NCBI RefSeq assembly: GCF_006345805.1
Contig: NC_043000.1
Location: forward strand, 155,062,001 to 155,126,000
DNA from: Octopus sinensis
Lineage: Eukaryota
Length of the DNA stretch: 64,000 nucleotides
Direction of reading: 5' to 3'
Shown: in pieces, positions 50,747-63,977 of the stretch
Numbering within the stretch: position 1 is the first letter of the stretch
Layout: every line of letters starts with the position of its first letter
Made by a program: the position numbers and the translations under genes
The notes under the pieces: generated by a model
Told to the model about the DNA's origin: nothing
Seen by the model: the letters and a program-made list of their open reading frames with translations, nothing else
Databases searched by the model: none

Positions 50747-51121
50747 GTGGAGGCGCAGTGGTTAGGGCAGCGGACTCACGGTCGTAGGATCGCGGTTTCG
50801 ATTCTCAGACCGGGCGTTGTGAGTGTTTATTAAGCGAAAACACCTAAAAGCTCCACGAGGCTCCGGCAGGGATCGTAGTGATCCCTGCTGTACTCTTTCA
50901 CCACAACTTTCTCTCACTCTTACTTCCTGTTTCTGTTGTACCTGTATTTCAAAGGGCCGGCCTTGTCACTCTCTGTGTCACGCTGAATATCCCCGAGAAC
51001 TACGTTAAGGGTACACGTGTCTGTGGAGTGCTCAGCCACTTACACGTTAATTTCACGAGCAGGCTGTTCCGTTGATCGGATCAACCGGAACCCTCGTCGT
51101 CGTAACCGACGGAGTGCTTCC
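50747..51121 (+). mobile_element. tRNA-derived SINE-D with RTE-like tail
   Basis: GGAGGCGCAGTGGTTAGGGCAGCGGACTC..GGTTTCGATTC head; tail CCCTCGTCGTCGTAACCGACGGAGTGC; 28-bp flanking duplication. Confidence 0.8.
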
Positions 51122-51162
51122 AATCCAAATATGTATGTATATGTATAAATGTAAAGGAATGA

Positions 51163-51225
<63 letters not shown>

Positions 51226-52019
51226 GATTCGTATTAATAGATATCTCATTTGCAAGAATAAGCATTGGCTGCCACACAAGTGCAACTTAGAGACGGCAAT
51301 TTGTGGTTTAGAGTTAAGAAATAGTTCAGGAGCATTAAACTGACACTGATACGGGTACACGTGCATTTTTCGCTTTATAACTGCATAAGAGTCAACCTCT
51401 GTGCTTGCTGCGCCAGAGACTATGATAGCTAGGAGCTGCATATGCTGTAGTTGACGAGTATAAGAATTTGAGAGCTGACATGAAGTAGTAAATAATTGCT
51501 GGTCGCTGGAGAAGGTCGAAAAGATTTAAGCTGAAGTAACTGGGGATCATGCTTGATGAATTCCATGTGAGAGAGATGAGAGTTGCAGGAAGTAAATTCT
51601 AGCAAATTGGGAATATAGTGTCTAGTTATCTACCCTTAATTTCAGTTGGGGGTACGGTTAGGTAATTAAGAGTGCAAAGAAGCTGACTAGTAATTTTTGA
51701 TAGTTCAAGCGGGGTGGAGACAGGTAAAACTTGTGAAAGTTTACGTTACACGTATTTAATTTAATTTATAGTTTATATATTGAAATGTAGTGAAAGAAAA
51801 ATACGAAAAAAAGGGAAAAAAAAGAAATTTATGAAATCGAAAATGGCTGGTTCTGTGTAAATATAAACATCATGTTCTAATACATAGAATGAGGTAATTG
51901 CTAATAAATTTAGAGAAGGTCAAAGGTTAGTTATTTAAGAACAAGCGCGTATATGAATACATGTAAAGCTAAAGACATAATCAATACACCAGTGTGATAG
52001 AGTGGTAAGTGTTGATCTG

Positions 52020-52202
52020 ATGTAACTATCCACGAGCATACATACATACATATATATATATATGATATATATATATATATTACATATACACATACATATA
52101 TATATACATATATATATATATAATATATATATATATATATACATATACACATACATATATATATACATATATATATATACATACATATATATATATACAT
52201 AC

Positions 52203-52249
<47 letters not shown>

Positions 52250-52657
52250 TATATTATATATATAATATATATATATATATATATGGAGTTTAAAGCACGT
52301 ATAATTACATATATGCTTATCCATCATTTTCTGTTAAAATGTCTTATTGACGAGTTTCATTCCTTCACTTCCCTGAAGAGAAGATTGCATTGTTTTACAC
52401 CATTTATTCCTGTGGAATAATATCAGTGATATCTTCGAAACGTGTGTCGGAAGTAAAAGTATTTGAATTATACCTGCGTTAAACTCCATTTATTTATCTA
52501 TATATAATACAAAAAATTCAACGTAAACCCGAAGATTCTACTTTTAGAAACAAGGTGTTACAACCTCTTTACCTGTGTGATTTTTTGCTACCTTGGTAAC
52601 TATTTATCTATTTTTTTCGTGTTAATTGTTAACAAGGGAAAAATACACACAACTATA

Positions 52658-52721
<64 letters not shown>

Positions 52722-52778
52722 ATATATATTACATATATATATATATATATATATCTATATATATATATGTATATACAT

Positions 52779-52811
<33 letters not shown>

Positions 52812-52885
52812 TATTATATATATATACATATATATATTATATATATATATATATTCATATATATATATATAATATATATATATAT

Positions 52886-52920
<35 letters not shown>

Positions 52921-53124
52921 TATATATATCTATATATATATAATATATAATATATTATATATATATATAATATGAGGGAATATGAGATGTTTATTAAATA
53001 AATAAATTAATTAATTAATAATTTCAGTTAATGTATATAGTTTAAATTATAGTATTTAATTTGCACTTATGTATATTTTGTATCTTATATATATATATAT
53101 ATATATATTATTATATATATATAT

Positions 53125-53156
<32 letters not shown>

Positions 53157-53290
53157 GTGAGTGTGTATGTATACATATATATATACACATACAGACACAC
53201 ATATATTTGTGTGTGTATATATATATATATATATACATATATATGCATATACACACACACGCACACATATTACATGTGCATATGTTTATT
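52020..53290. repeat. Very long interrupted (TA)n region
   Basis: Visible directly; the 52285-52650 interval is unique AT-rich sequence. Confidence 0.9.
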
Positions 53291-53426
53291 TTTGAATGTT
53301 TATGTTATATATATATAAGCATTGAGGTTGTTACGTATGAGCATCGGTCTGCTTTCAATTATAATGCAGTGTAAGTCGTATTCGCACATTCCCTATTTAT
53401 GTTGCAGCTTAAATTATACAGCTCTA

Positions 53427-53469
<43 letters not shown>

Positions 53470-53577
53470 CTGTCTACCACTCACACTTACGAAACACATA
53501 CATACATAAATATCTCTCTCTACCCCTCTCTATCTCTGTCTCTCTGTCTCTGTGTGTGTATGTGTGTGTGTGTGTTT

Positions 53578-53612
<35 letters not shown>

Positions 53613-54022
53613 GTTCTCTTTTCCTCTTTAACTCTATTTCAGTTAACTTTTCTTCCTGAAGTTTGATGTTTTCTTTGACCCTGTAGAAATGCATTTCTTC
53701 ATCACATCAAATATTTGCTGAATTATAGTATATTATAGTATATTACAAATTTGTCAACGGAACCCCGATAAAACTAGATATTAAAAGTAATTTAGGAATT
53801 CCTAGTAATAGAAGAACTTCTAAAATAAGCGAAGTGAAAATGACAACGTTTGGAATCCAAACCAAGCTGAGAATTGGATCGGATGTGAACTACTTCCACT
53901 GGTACTATATCATTGTTGTTTAATCTAAAATCAGCTCTCATCCAGTTTACTCAGTTGCCTTCTAGCTGTGATCATCCTGTATTTTATGATTACGTAGACG
54001 TTCAGCTAATATATTCTTCCAT

Positions 54023-54246
54023 AAGGCGGCGAGCTGGCAGAAACGTTAGCACGCTGGGCGAAATGCGTAGCTGTATTTCGTCTGCCATTACATTCTGAGT
54101 TCAAATTCCGCCGAGGTCGACTTTGCCTTTCATCCTTTCGGGGTCGATAAATAAGGTACCAGTTACGCACTGGGGTCGACGTAATCCGTTTGTCTGTCCT
54201 TGTTTGTCCCCTCTGTGTTTAGCCTCTTGTGGGTAGTAAAGAAATA
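54023..54246 (+). mobile_element. SINE-B monomer with 15-bp TSD
   Basis: AATATATTCTTCCAT at 54008-54022 and 54247-54261. Confidence 0.9.
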
Positions 54247-54412
54247 AATATATTCTTCCATCTTGTAAGATGGTACGATGAATTTGGGGAGATTTGACAC
54301 CGTTTGTTGCAGGTCAGGAAACAACATAAGGCTTCATTTGACTCGTCTTGTGGTTTGTTCATTAGTGAGTAGATTTATAATGAAAGACACACAAACACAC
54401 ATATATGGGGGT

Positions 54413-54625
54413 GGGGGACAAACACAGACACGCAAAAATATACACACACATACATATATATATATATTTACGACGGGCGTTTTTCAGTTTCCGTCTATCA
54501 AATCCACTCACAAGGGTTTGGTCGGCCCGATGCTATAGCAAAAGACACTTGTTCAAGATGCCACGCAGTGAGACTTAATCATGTGGTCGGTAAGCAAGCT
54601 ACTTTCCACACAGCCACTCCTGTGC
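54413..54625 (-). mobile_element. SINE-A, 5' half
   Basis: CAGCCACTCCTG head; AAATCCACTCACAAGG. Confidence 0.8.
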
Positions 54626-54695
54626 ATATATGTATTAATAAAATGGCCGAAACTCGGAGTTTTATCATGGCTACCGAATAATTGTCACATATTAC

Positions 54696-54773
<78 letters not shown>

Positions 54774-54948
54774 ATATATTATTGACCGAATGTTTGTGCC
54801 TGAAATTTTGTAAAAACTGTGCAAAAGCTCGTTGTATATATGAAACACACACGCGCGCGCACACAAACAATGTACGTATGTTCGAGTATGAGCGTGTGAA
54901 GATGTGCGTATATATGTATGCGGACGTGTATGCATGAATATGCGTATG

Positions 54949-55200
54949 TCATCATCATCATCATTGTCGTTTAACGTCCGCTTTCCATGCTGGCATGGGT
55001 TGGACGGTTTGACTGAGGACTGGCAAGCCGGGGGTTTATATCAAGCTGCAATCTGATCTGGCAAGGTTTCTACAGCTGGATGCCCTTCCTAACGCCGACC
55101 ACTACGAGAGTGTAGTGGGTGCTTTTTACGTGCCACTGGCACGCGAGCAAGTCGGGTGGTACTGGCATCGACCACGCTCGAAAGATGCTCTTGCGTTCCA
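54949..55200 (-). mobile_element. SINE-like repeat with (ATG)n tail (probably RTE-dependent)
   Basis: Minus strand: GGCGTTAGGAAGGGCATCCAGCTGTAG..CCGTCCAACCCATGCCAGCATGGAAAGCGGACGTTAAACGAC(AATG/ATG)n. Confidence 0.6.
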
Positions 55201-55284
55201 CAGGCAGCATTGTGTGTATGTTTGTGTATATATCTTGCCACGTACTATTAAGCTTATATAAAAGAACGATATAGTTTTATCTGT

Positions 55285-55498
55285 TAAGCCGCCAAGCTTA
55301 AGTCGTTAGCAGACTGGATAAAATGCTTAAAGGCGTCTCGTCCGTCTTTACCTTTTGAGTTCAAATTCTGCCGAGGTCGATTTTGCTTTTATCCTTTCAT
55401 GATCGATAAAATAAATACCAGTTGAATACTGGGGTTCATGAAATCGACGTATCCCCGAAATTGCTGGCCATGTGTCAAAATTTGAAATCAATACTTTT
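55285..55498 (+). mobile_element. Diverged SINE-C
   Basis: GAGTTCAAATTCTGCCGAGGTCGA..ATCCTTTC..ACCAGTTGAATACTGGGG..TGGCCATGTGTCAAAATTTGAAA. Confidence 0.75.
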
Positions 55499-57778
55499 GA
55501 CCTTCAATGGACGAAAAACAAAGTCAACCAGAGCCGTATTTGAGTTCAATATTGTCAAATATACAAAAAATTGTGACAACCTCACACATATAAAATTCGA
55601 CACCTTATCCTTACTATTAAAATAGATATAAAAAGGTATTGCAATGCAATGTCGGAAGATATACATCTGGTGTCGGATTCTCCACATCACGTGAGTTTAG
55701 CCAGTTCATCTTTCCACTGGAAAATTAAATCTCATTTTTATTCCATAAATAATGTTAAGTATCTACGAAAAAAGATAAAGAACCTCTATTTTCTGCAAAT
55801 CATGCTATCTCAAGTAAAATTGATACATCTCAAAAGAAAATAGTTAGAAACATGACATACCTAGACAAAGTATAAATTGGTAATATAAAACTGCTTTCCG
55901 CAATAAGGGATTTTGAAATTTTGTGTGTATATAAAAGGGTTACTTCAAGTCAGTAGAAAGACATAAACTAGAACGTTTACTTCCACCAGCACAGGACTGA
56001 TAAAGGACATGAACTGACACCGTTTAAACAAAAGACAACGTATTCACATGGTAAGCTGCGTCACTTAATGTAGAAATGGGACCTAGAAATGTTGTTTGCG
56101 AGACAACGAAGGAGATGTTATGTCATCGCTTAACTACAAAAAAAAAAAAAAAAGCAACCAATTATCCTTCAAGTCCTCTCCTACTCACCTTACATTAGAA
56201 ACTATGGCTTTAATTACTTTTAAGAACAAAAGATAGACATTGATGGGGTTTCTCCGATTGTAATCTTTTATCAGGTTTGACTTGGGGCAAAATAACAGCA
56301 ACAAACTGACCTTAATAACCATTTTGCATCAATTTCAGTCATTTTTGTTTTCATAGCCTTCATCGTCATAAACATTTTGACGCTCATATTTTCTCAAAAT
56401 TTTAGAGCAGCATTTCTGAATTCAAGTGGGCAATAACATCATTTGAAAGCCAATCTTTAGTTTCAATAATCCTTTTACTAATCATATTTGTCACAGAGTA
56501 ACGGTTCGTCAGATAAATATCATAAAAGCATTAGAAGCACAAAGTATTAACTTCGCGACACTCGTATCCAATTCAGCAATATAGAAACATTAGTTCCATC
56601 AGACTAGATGCAAAGCTCTCTCTCGCTCTATCTCTCTCTCTCTCTGTATATTCATACATACATACAGACATGTGTGTGTGAGCATACACACACAATAAGT
56701 GAAGCATAATGGAGTTTAGGGAAGGGCCACATCAATTCCTTTACCAAGACTATTAACGGTGCAAGTGAAATGAATTAATCTCACTGGCAAATCGAAATTT
56801 AGTCACGATGTTTGCATATACAGTACGATACTTGCCATAAGCAGTGATGACCGTATGATAATATTTTCCTTCTATTTTCTTTTGGTTTGTTTTTATGCTT
56901 TCTTTTCTATCCATTACATACCGATACACACACACACAAATATGCAAACACACACATATACGTGTATACGTACGTGTGGTTGGGTGGGTATGTATTGATT
57001 AATCCAATATTTTTTTTACCAAATCCTCACGTATTACAACCAAATTGAGTTCAATGTTTACATTAGCATACTTATAACAAAAAAGAAAAACAGTAAACAC
57101 ACACACAAAAAAAAAATTACATACAGAAAAGCAAATCGGCACTTAATTTCTAAAGTTATCACTTCCGTAGCAAAGACAAGAAAAATAAAGCATGAAAATA
57201 CACCCCACACCATCGTACGAAAAAATATACACTACACACCCAAGCACACAGAACTATACTTCTATATCCTTATGTATGAGAGTAGATTGGTAGATCCGTA
57301 TGTATGTAGAAGTATATGTATAACGATTCACAGACACACACACACATACACATATACACATGTATCATATGTATGCATGTATGTTATGTATGAATGTGGA
57401 ACCAACATAAGCAACTCTTTTATGCTGCTTTTGAGTCTTCATATTTCAGCTAGTGCTTCGTTTAAGAGTGATCTGAAATTAATAGTATTGCCGAAAATAA
57501 CTCGCTATTACTCAACTGCCTACAGAATTTTTCAAATTTTACTTCAACGAAACTTTTCTCTATCATCCTGAATAGTATACTTTCTTACATGCCTAGCAGC
57601 ATCTTACAAGCACACACACATATATATGTATGTATGTGTAGTTCAGTATGTGGCAAAGTAATTTATTTTACTAAGCCCTAATTATATAATGTAATATTTT
57701 GAATTCGCCTTAATGGTCCTTTACAATACTGAACACTTGGTGAAATTGATTATTAATTAATTTTACCCTCAATTGTTG

Positions 57779-57886
<108 letters not shown>

Positions 57887-58208
57887 CTGTGGATTAACTG
57901 TTGAAGTGGACGGACGTCTATTTGTTTCTCTCCCAAGTCAGTAGCAAGCTACACAGCTTCAAAACTACTGACCTTAAATATATATATATTTGTAACCACG
58001 TGTTTGCCTACAAACCCGTAAGTACGTTTTCATTTAACTACAAATTGTTATATCACACTGTTTTTCTTTAATATCATCAAACACCAAATAATCAAAAACT
58101 CACACCCTTAAGAGAGAACATTTATATATATATACACTTCTTTAACTCCCAAGAAGAATATATATATTTTCAAAAATCAAAAGGAAAACAAACAAAAGAA
58201 AAACAAAC

Positions 58209-59480
58209 ATGACTAACTTGCAGGCCTGCAACAGACGAAATTGGTCTGATAACGAAATTGATGTTTTAATAAACACATGGCTCTCTCTTTCCCAAACAGA
58301 AAATCTAAATGTCTTGTGTTTGAATGAGATTGCCGAAAAAACATCACAAGTGGTCAACACACGATCCGTCAAACAGATTCGTAGCAAGTTGAAACATATC
58401 GAAGTATCTTTCAAACTGATAAGAGGCCATTATGAAAAGCTTCTACATATTTTCACACAGTTCAAGAACAACAACAGCTAGAAAATCAGCAGCCACAACA
58501 ACAACAACAACAGAATGAGCCACTCCTGGTTCCCAGCACAATGGCTGACCCTGACATCGGTCAGGCACAACAACAACAACAACAGCCACAGCAACAAGAA
58601 CAACAACAGCCACTCCTCAACTCTAGCTTACTAGACGATTCACTAAATGCCAGTATCTTTTCACCGCTCTCACAGCAACCACCACAATTATCATCATCAT
58701 CATCACCACCGCTGCCACCATCGTCTTCTATCACCAAAAATACCAACAGAAAACCAAATAAGAAACCACTGCCCTCTTCCCCCACATCACCACCTCAATA
58801 CTACTGCAGTAACAAAAACTTAAAGAACATAGGAAGCAGAATGCGCCCCCCACGGCACAAACAGAAATCCCCAATATGCCGCTATTCACTGCGCCAGAGA
58901 CTCTGCACAAATAGTGACTGCATCTTCACGCATCTACCCGGCACTAGACGCACTACCGGCCAAGGCCAAAGCACGCATCCCACAATAACATCAACACCAC
59001 CAAATAGTAAATCGAAATTCAAAACACACACAACTCGGAGTCCCAAAATCTGCCGGTATTCCCAACGTGAGAGAACATGTCTACTGAGTGACTGTCCCTT
59101 CACTCATCTTCCAGGGACCCGACGCACAAACAGAACGGGGCCTCAAGCCAACACACAAACCTGAATAATAACAATAAAAATAGAAACACACCATGCTGCA
59201 GTAATGCTGGTCCAGTCTTTTCAGGAAGACACAAAACACAAACAACAAAAGTGGAAACTACAACCCTATCCAACAGTGCAACCACACCTCCAGCCAAAAA
59301 CTGCTCCCTAAGCAGGAAATTCTTTTTTAGCCATGTTGAACATGGCAAAAGAGATACACAAAAACATTCTAGCCATCACTCAACACCATCCTATGCTATT
59401 ACCCAGTGCACCAATTCCCCACATTGCTGCCACTAACACACACAAAAAATCCAAGCCCCCTGCAACAGTCAAAACCAGCC
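58209..59480 (+). pseudogene. LINE ORF1 (frameshifted in this sequence): Myb/SANT-like domain, polyQ, two CCCH zinc fingers
   Basis: NWSDNEIDVLINTW..EIAEK..RSVKQIRSKLKHI; CRYSLRQRLCTNSDCIFTH and CRYSQRERTCLLSDCPFTH. One added base near 58450 joins ORFs 58209-58481 and 58541-59164. Confidence 0.6.
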
Positions 59481-59489
59481 ACTACACTA

Positions 59490-62454
59490 ACCTCCACATT
59501 CCTACTCAATGCACAAGGTGTCAGCCCTTCCATCAATGCACAAAAATGGAAGGTCCAATTCATTGGTAACCATTCACACCACATCCCTTTCTTCATTCTC
59601 ACTGAGACCCACCTTGACAACTCCCACTTGGAAGCCGAAGTGAGAGTGAAGAATTTCACAACCATCCGCGCGGATCGTATCGGCAGGAGGAAGGTGGAAC
59701 TGCCATTTTCCTGCATGATTCATTTACGGCAGATGGAAATAGTATATTCTCCAACGGCTACTGTGAATCAGTCACCGTGCACAACAAAGCCAATGACCTG
59801 ACAGTAATTGGGCTCTATAGGCCGCCCCAAACACCCATACTGTGCTTTAAAGAATGCCTCAACAGCATTAAGTGCTTTATTCAACAGTGCCATTCTAGCA
59901 ACATACTCATGATGGGAGACTTCAATCTACCCTGTGTTGACTGGACTACAAACTGTTTGAAACCAAGCACTCCCGCCTCAACCGCTGACAAAGAAGCAGC
60001 AGAGTCACTTTTCGACTTTACGAATGAGTTTTTCTTGTCCCAACTTGTCCTTGCACCAACAAGACATCAGGACATTTTGGACCTAGTGTTTAGTAACCAC
60101 ACTAACACTATACATAACGTTACAGTGGAAAAAACCCTTCTTTCAGACCATGACATGGTTCTCTGTAACATGAAATTCCACCAGCCGAAAGCTAATCCTA
60201 GTGACCTTCCTCCAGCCCACCCATTTGACAACATGGATCTCCATAAAGCCAACTGGGATGCAATCAGGAACGAGCTATCAAATGTTGACTGGTCCTTTAC
60301 ACATACACACATCTCCACCAACCATAAAACATCTTGGCAGATCTTTGTAGACACCGTCACAGACATATGTGCAAAACACTCCCCACCAAGACCTGTGAAC
60401 AAAAAGTGCAGAATCCCCCAAAACAGAAAAACCATTATCAGAAAAATAAAAAGAACAAACAAAAAAATTAACAAACTAAAGTACTGCCAACAGCAACACA
60501 CACATTCGACGGCTATCGCACTGCTTGAATCCAAAAATATAACCTCCAACAATGCATGAAGACCCTCATCAATAACCAAAGATCAGCTGAGGAGAAGTGG
60601 GCCATTGAAAAAATCAAACTCAACCCCAAAGTGTTCTTTTCATTTGCGAGGAAACGCAGGGTCACTGTCTCCACTGTAGGCCCTCTAATTGACGAAACTG
60701 GCACTCTCCAAGATAATGCCAAATCCATGGCCGAGATACTGCAGAAACAATACTGCTCTGTTTTCAGCAATCCTGATATGGCCGATCTGGGCTGTATCAG
60801 TGATGTCAACCCCCACACACTATATCGGACATAACGTTTAGTGCCCCTGATGTCTTAGCGGCGATAAACGAAATAAAACACAATTCAGCAGTAGGCCCCG
60901 ATAGGTTCCCTGCTTGTGTCCTGAAGGTGTCGTCGACACCAACTTGCATCTCCCCTTGCTAATCTGTGGAGAAACTCACTGGATGCTGGCTATATTCCAA
61001 AAAACTTCTGTCCCAGTCTGTTGTCCCAGTTTTCAAAAAGGGAAACAAGTCCCTTGCAGTGAATTACCGTCCGATCTCACTCACCTCTCATATCATCAAG
61101 GTATTTGAGAGGGTGGTGAGATCTCGAATAACCCAATTTCTGGAAAGCAACAGACGGCTGATCTCCAACCAACATGGGTTCCGTAATGGAAGGGACTGCC
61201 TAACGCAGCTCCTGCATCACTTTGAGGACATTTTGAGAGCTTTGGGAGAGGGCTCCACACCGATGTCATCTACCTTGATTTCAGTAAGGCCTTCGACAGG
61301 GTCGATCACAAGATCCTATTGAAAAAACTATCCAACATTGGTGTCTCTGGAAAGTTACTGAAATGGATTAAGTGTTTCCTGACAGACAGATCTCAACATG
61401 TTGTAGTTGAAGGGGTAAAATCAAGCCCAGCCAAAGTCAGTAGTGGCGTTCCGCAAGGCACTGTGCTGGGCCCACTTCTTTTTTCATCATTTACATTATG
61501 ACATTAATGACATCATCAAGCACAGCAACATAAAAATCTTTGCAGATGACTCCAAGCTACAAAAGGTCATAAATGAGGCGAGTGACCGGACATGCCTTCA
61601 GTCAGATCTACTGGCTGTTATCCAATGGGCAGAAAAAAACAATATGCTGCTGAACGAGGACAAATTTGAGCTAATCCACTTTGGAAAAGAGGATGCCCTG
61701 AAACTCCCATACTCCCTTCCTTCAGGTGAAACTCTCGCGGCGTCCAACAACATCAGAGACTTGGGAGTAATTGTGGACAACAACGTAAGCTGGGCCACTC
61801 ATATAAACACCAAAGTTGACATGGCCCGCAGAATGTGTTCCTGGATTCTCAGAACTTTCCAGTCGAGAGATATCCACACCATTATCCTTCTCTTCTCCAC
61901 TTTTGCCCGACCCCACCTTGAATACTGTTGTCCACTGTGGTCTCCCCACACAATACAAGGTATCATAAAAGTTGAAGCACCTCAAAGGGCAATCACAAAA
62001 AAGATAGATGGCATGACAGGCCTCGACTATTGGGGTCGACTAGAAAAGCTAAAACTCTATCTCTCCAACGTCGTCGTGAGCGCTACATCATCTGCATGAT
62101 GTGGAAAATATTCCATCAGCATTGCCCAAATGATGTTGGCATCACCTTTAAGTACATCCAAGGCTTGGGCCCCGTGCCATCCGCCCAAAACAAAAATCGC
62201 ACTCTCATCTCATAACAACAATACGGCACATTATTTCACCTCAATTGGCCCCGCTCTCTTTACATTACACCAAAACACATTAAAACAGAAACTGACCCTA
62301 TAGGGTTCAAGAAGTCTTTGGACAGATTCCTTCAAGAAATCCCGGATAAACCCCCTACACACCCGGATATGTCTCTGTAAACAATAACTCTCTACTTGAG
62401 TGGGCCATAGTGCCCAATTCTGACTTGAAAGACTTCACCAGGTGGTGCTATTAA
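59490..62454 (+). pseudogene. LINE ORF2: APE endonuclease and reverse transcriptase (frameshifted in this sequence)
   Basis: LTETHL, YRPP, GDFNLP, LDLVFSN, SDH; NYRPISLTS, QHGFR, YLDFSKAFD, SGVPQGTVLGPLLF, FADDSKL; stop TAA at 62452-62454 once frames are restored. Confidence 0.9.
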
Positions 62455-62517
62455 GTTAGACATGGCCTGGGCCAATAATGGCCGAAACCTATCAAAGTAT
62501 CAAAGTAAGTATAAGTA

Positions 62518-62555
<38 letters not shown>

Positions 62556-62560
62556 CATAT

Positions 62561-62637
<77 letters not shown>

Positions 62638-62771
62638 ATATATATGCTTCATCATATACAAGCATATATGTATACACCAAAGCAAAAGTGTATACACACA
62701 CAGACTCAGAAATATAAATGTGTATGTTACATAATACACACACAAACACACACATACATATATCTGTTATG

Positions 62772-63106
62772 TTTTACTTGCGAGGTCAGTTGACTGCGGC
62801 CATATTGGGGTACCAATTCGAAAAGTTTTAGGTTAAAAAGGACTTAATTTTTCAATTCTGGCACTTAATCTATCGGGATTCCTTTGCCGAATAACTACGT
62901 TACCGGGACGTAAACACACCAACGCCAGTTACCAAGCAGTGGTGTGGGAACAAACATGCACAAAGACACGCAAACATTGACATATACATATACCTCGGGA
63001 TTCTTTCATATCCACTCACAAGGCTTTGGTCGGCCGAGGCTTCAATGAAAGAAATTTTACCCAGTGTCACGCAGTGGGACTGAACTCAGTACACAACCAC
63101 GCCTGC
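62772..63106 (-). mobile_element. Old SINE-A
   Basis: TTGACTGCGGCCAT..GGGACGTAAACACACC..TCCACTCACAAGGCTTTGGTCGGCC..ACGCAGTGGGACTGAAC. Confidence 0.75.
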
Positions 63107-63174
63107 ACTCGTTATACACACACATAGACACACACATGCACGCACACATATACACACATTGCTAGATTGACAGA

Positions 63175-63216
<42 letters not shown>

Positions 63217-63329
63217 ACATACATATATATATACATACATATTATATATATATATATAATATATTATATATATATATAATATATTATATATATATATAAT
63301 ATATATATATATATATACATACATATATA

Positions 63330-63545
63330 GGACTCGCGGTTTCGATTCCCAGACCGGGCGTTGTGAGCGTTTATTGAGCGAAAACACCTAAAAGCTCCAC
63401 GAGGCTCCGGCAGGGGTGGTGATCCCTGCTGTATTCTTTCACCACTCTTTCTCCCACTCTTTTTTCTGTTGGCCCGCTCGGTTAGCCAGCTGGTTGGCAT
63501 CATTCGAAGGCTAAAACAATGCGATGTGTACCTACATCTGATGGA
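63330..63545 (+). mobile_element. SINE-D head/body with a different 3' region
   Basis: Near-identical to the 50747 copy up to CTGTTG (63471), then unrelated. Confidence 0.75.
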
Positions 63546-63768
63546 CTGGTCGGTCACGTGACGTGATATATATAAATATAATGGTGAAGAATACGTAAGC
63601 ACACGACAGATTAGTACAAAAAGAAAAAACATTAAGTACAGGATGTTGCTAACAAGTGAAAAATATATAGAGAGAAGTACAGGACGAAATATCAAAGAAA
63701 GTCTAACACCTCCTCAGTTGTGGATTGTTTATTACTATCAGTTTCGAGCTTATATATATATATATAAT

Positions 63769-63925
63769 AGGAGTGGCTGTGTAGCAAGAAGGTTGCTTCC
63801 CAACCACATAGTTCCGGTTTCAGTTCCATTGCGTGGCACTTTGGGCGAGTGTCTTCTACTTTAGCCTCGGTCGATCAAAGCCTTGTGAGTAGATTTAGTA
63901 GACGGAAACTGATAGAAGCCTGTCG
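63769..63925 (+). mobile_element. SINE-A, 5' half
   Basis: AGGAGTGGCTGTGTAG..GGTTTCAGTTCC..CTTTGGGCGAGTGTCTTCTAC..GACGGAAACTGA. Confidence 0.8.
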
Positions 63926-63930
63926 TATAA

Positions 63931-63977
<47 letters not shown>

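Noticed and set aside
51290-51760. Possible very old CR1-type 3' fragment on the minus strand
   Set aside because: Only vague motif resemblance; cannot be supported by eye.
62466-62492. CCTG-GGCC-AATAAT-GGCC-GAAAC as a hammerhead
   Set aside because: It lacks the CUGANGA core and is better explained as the LINE 3' recognition stem-loop.
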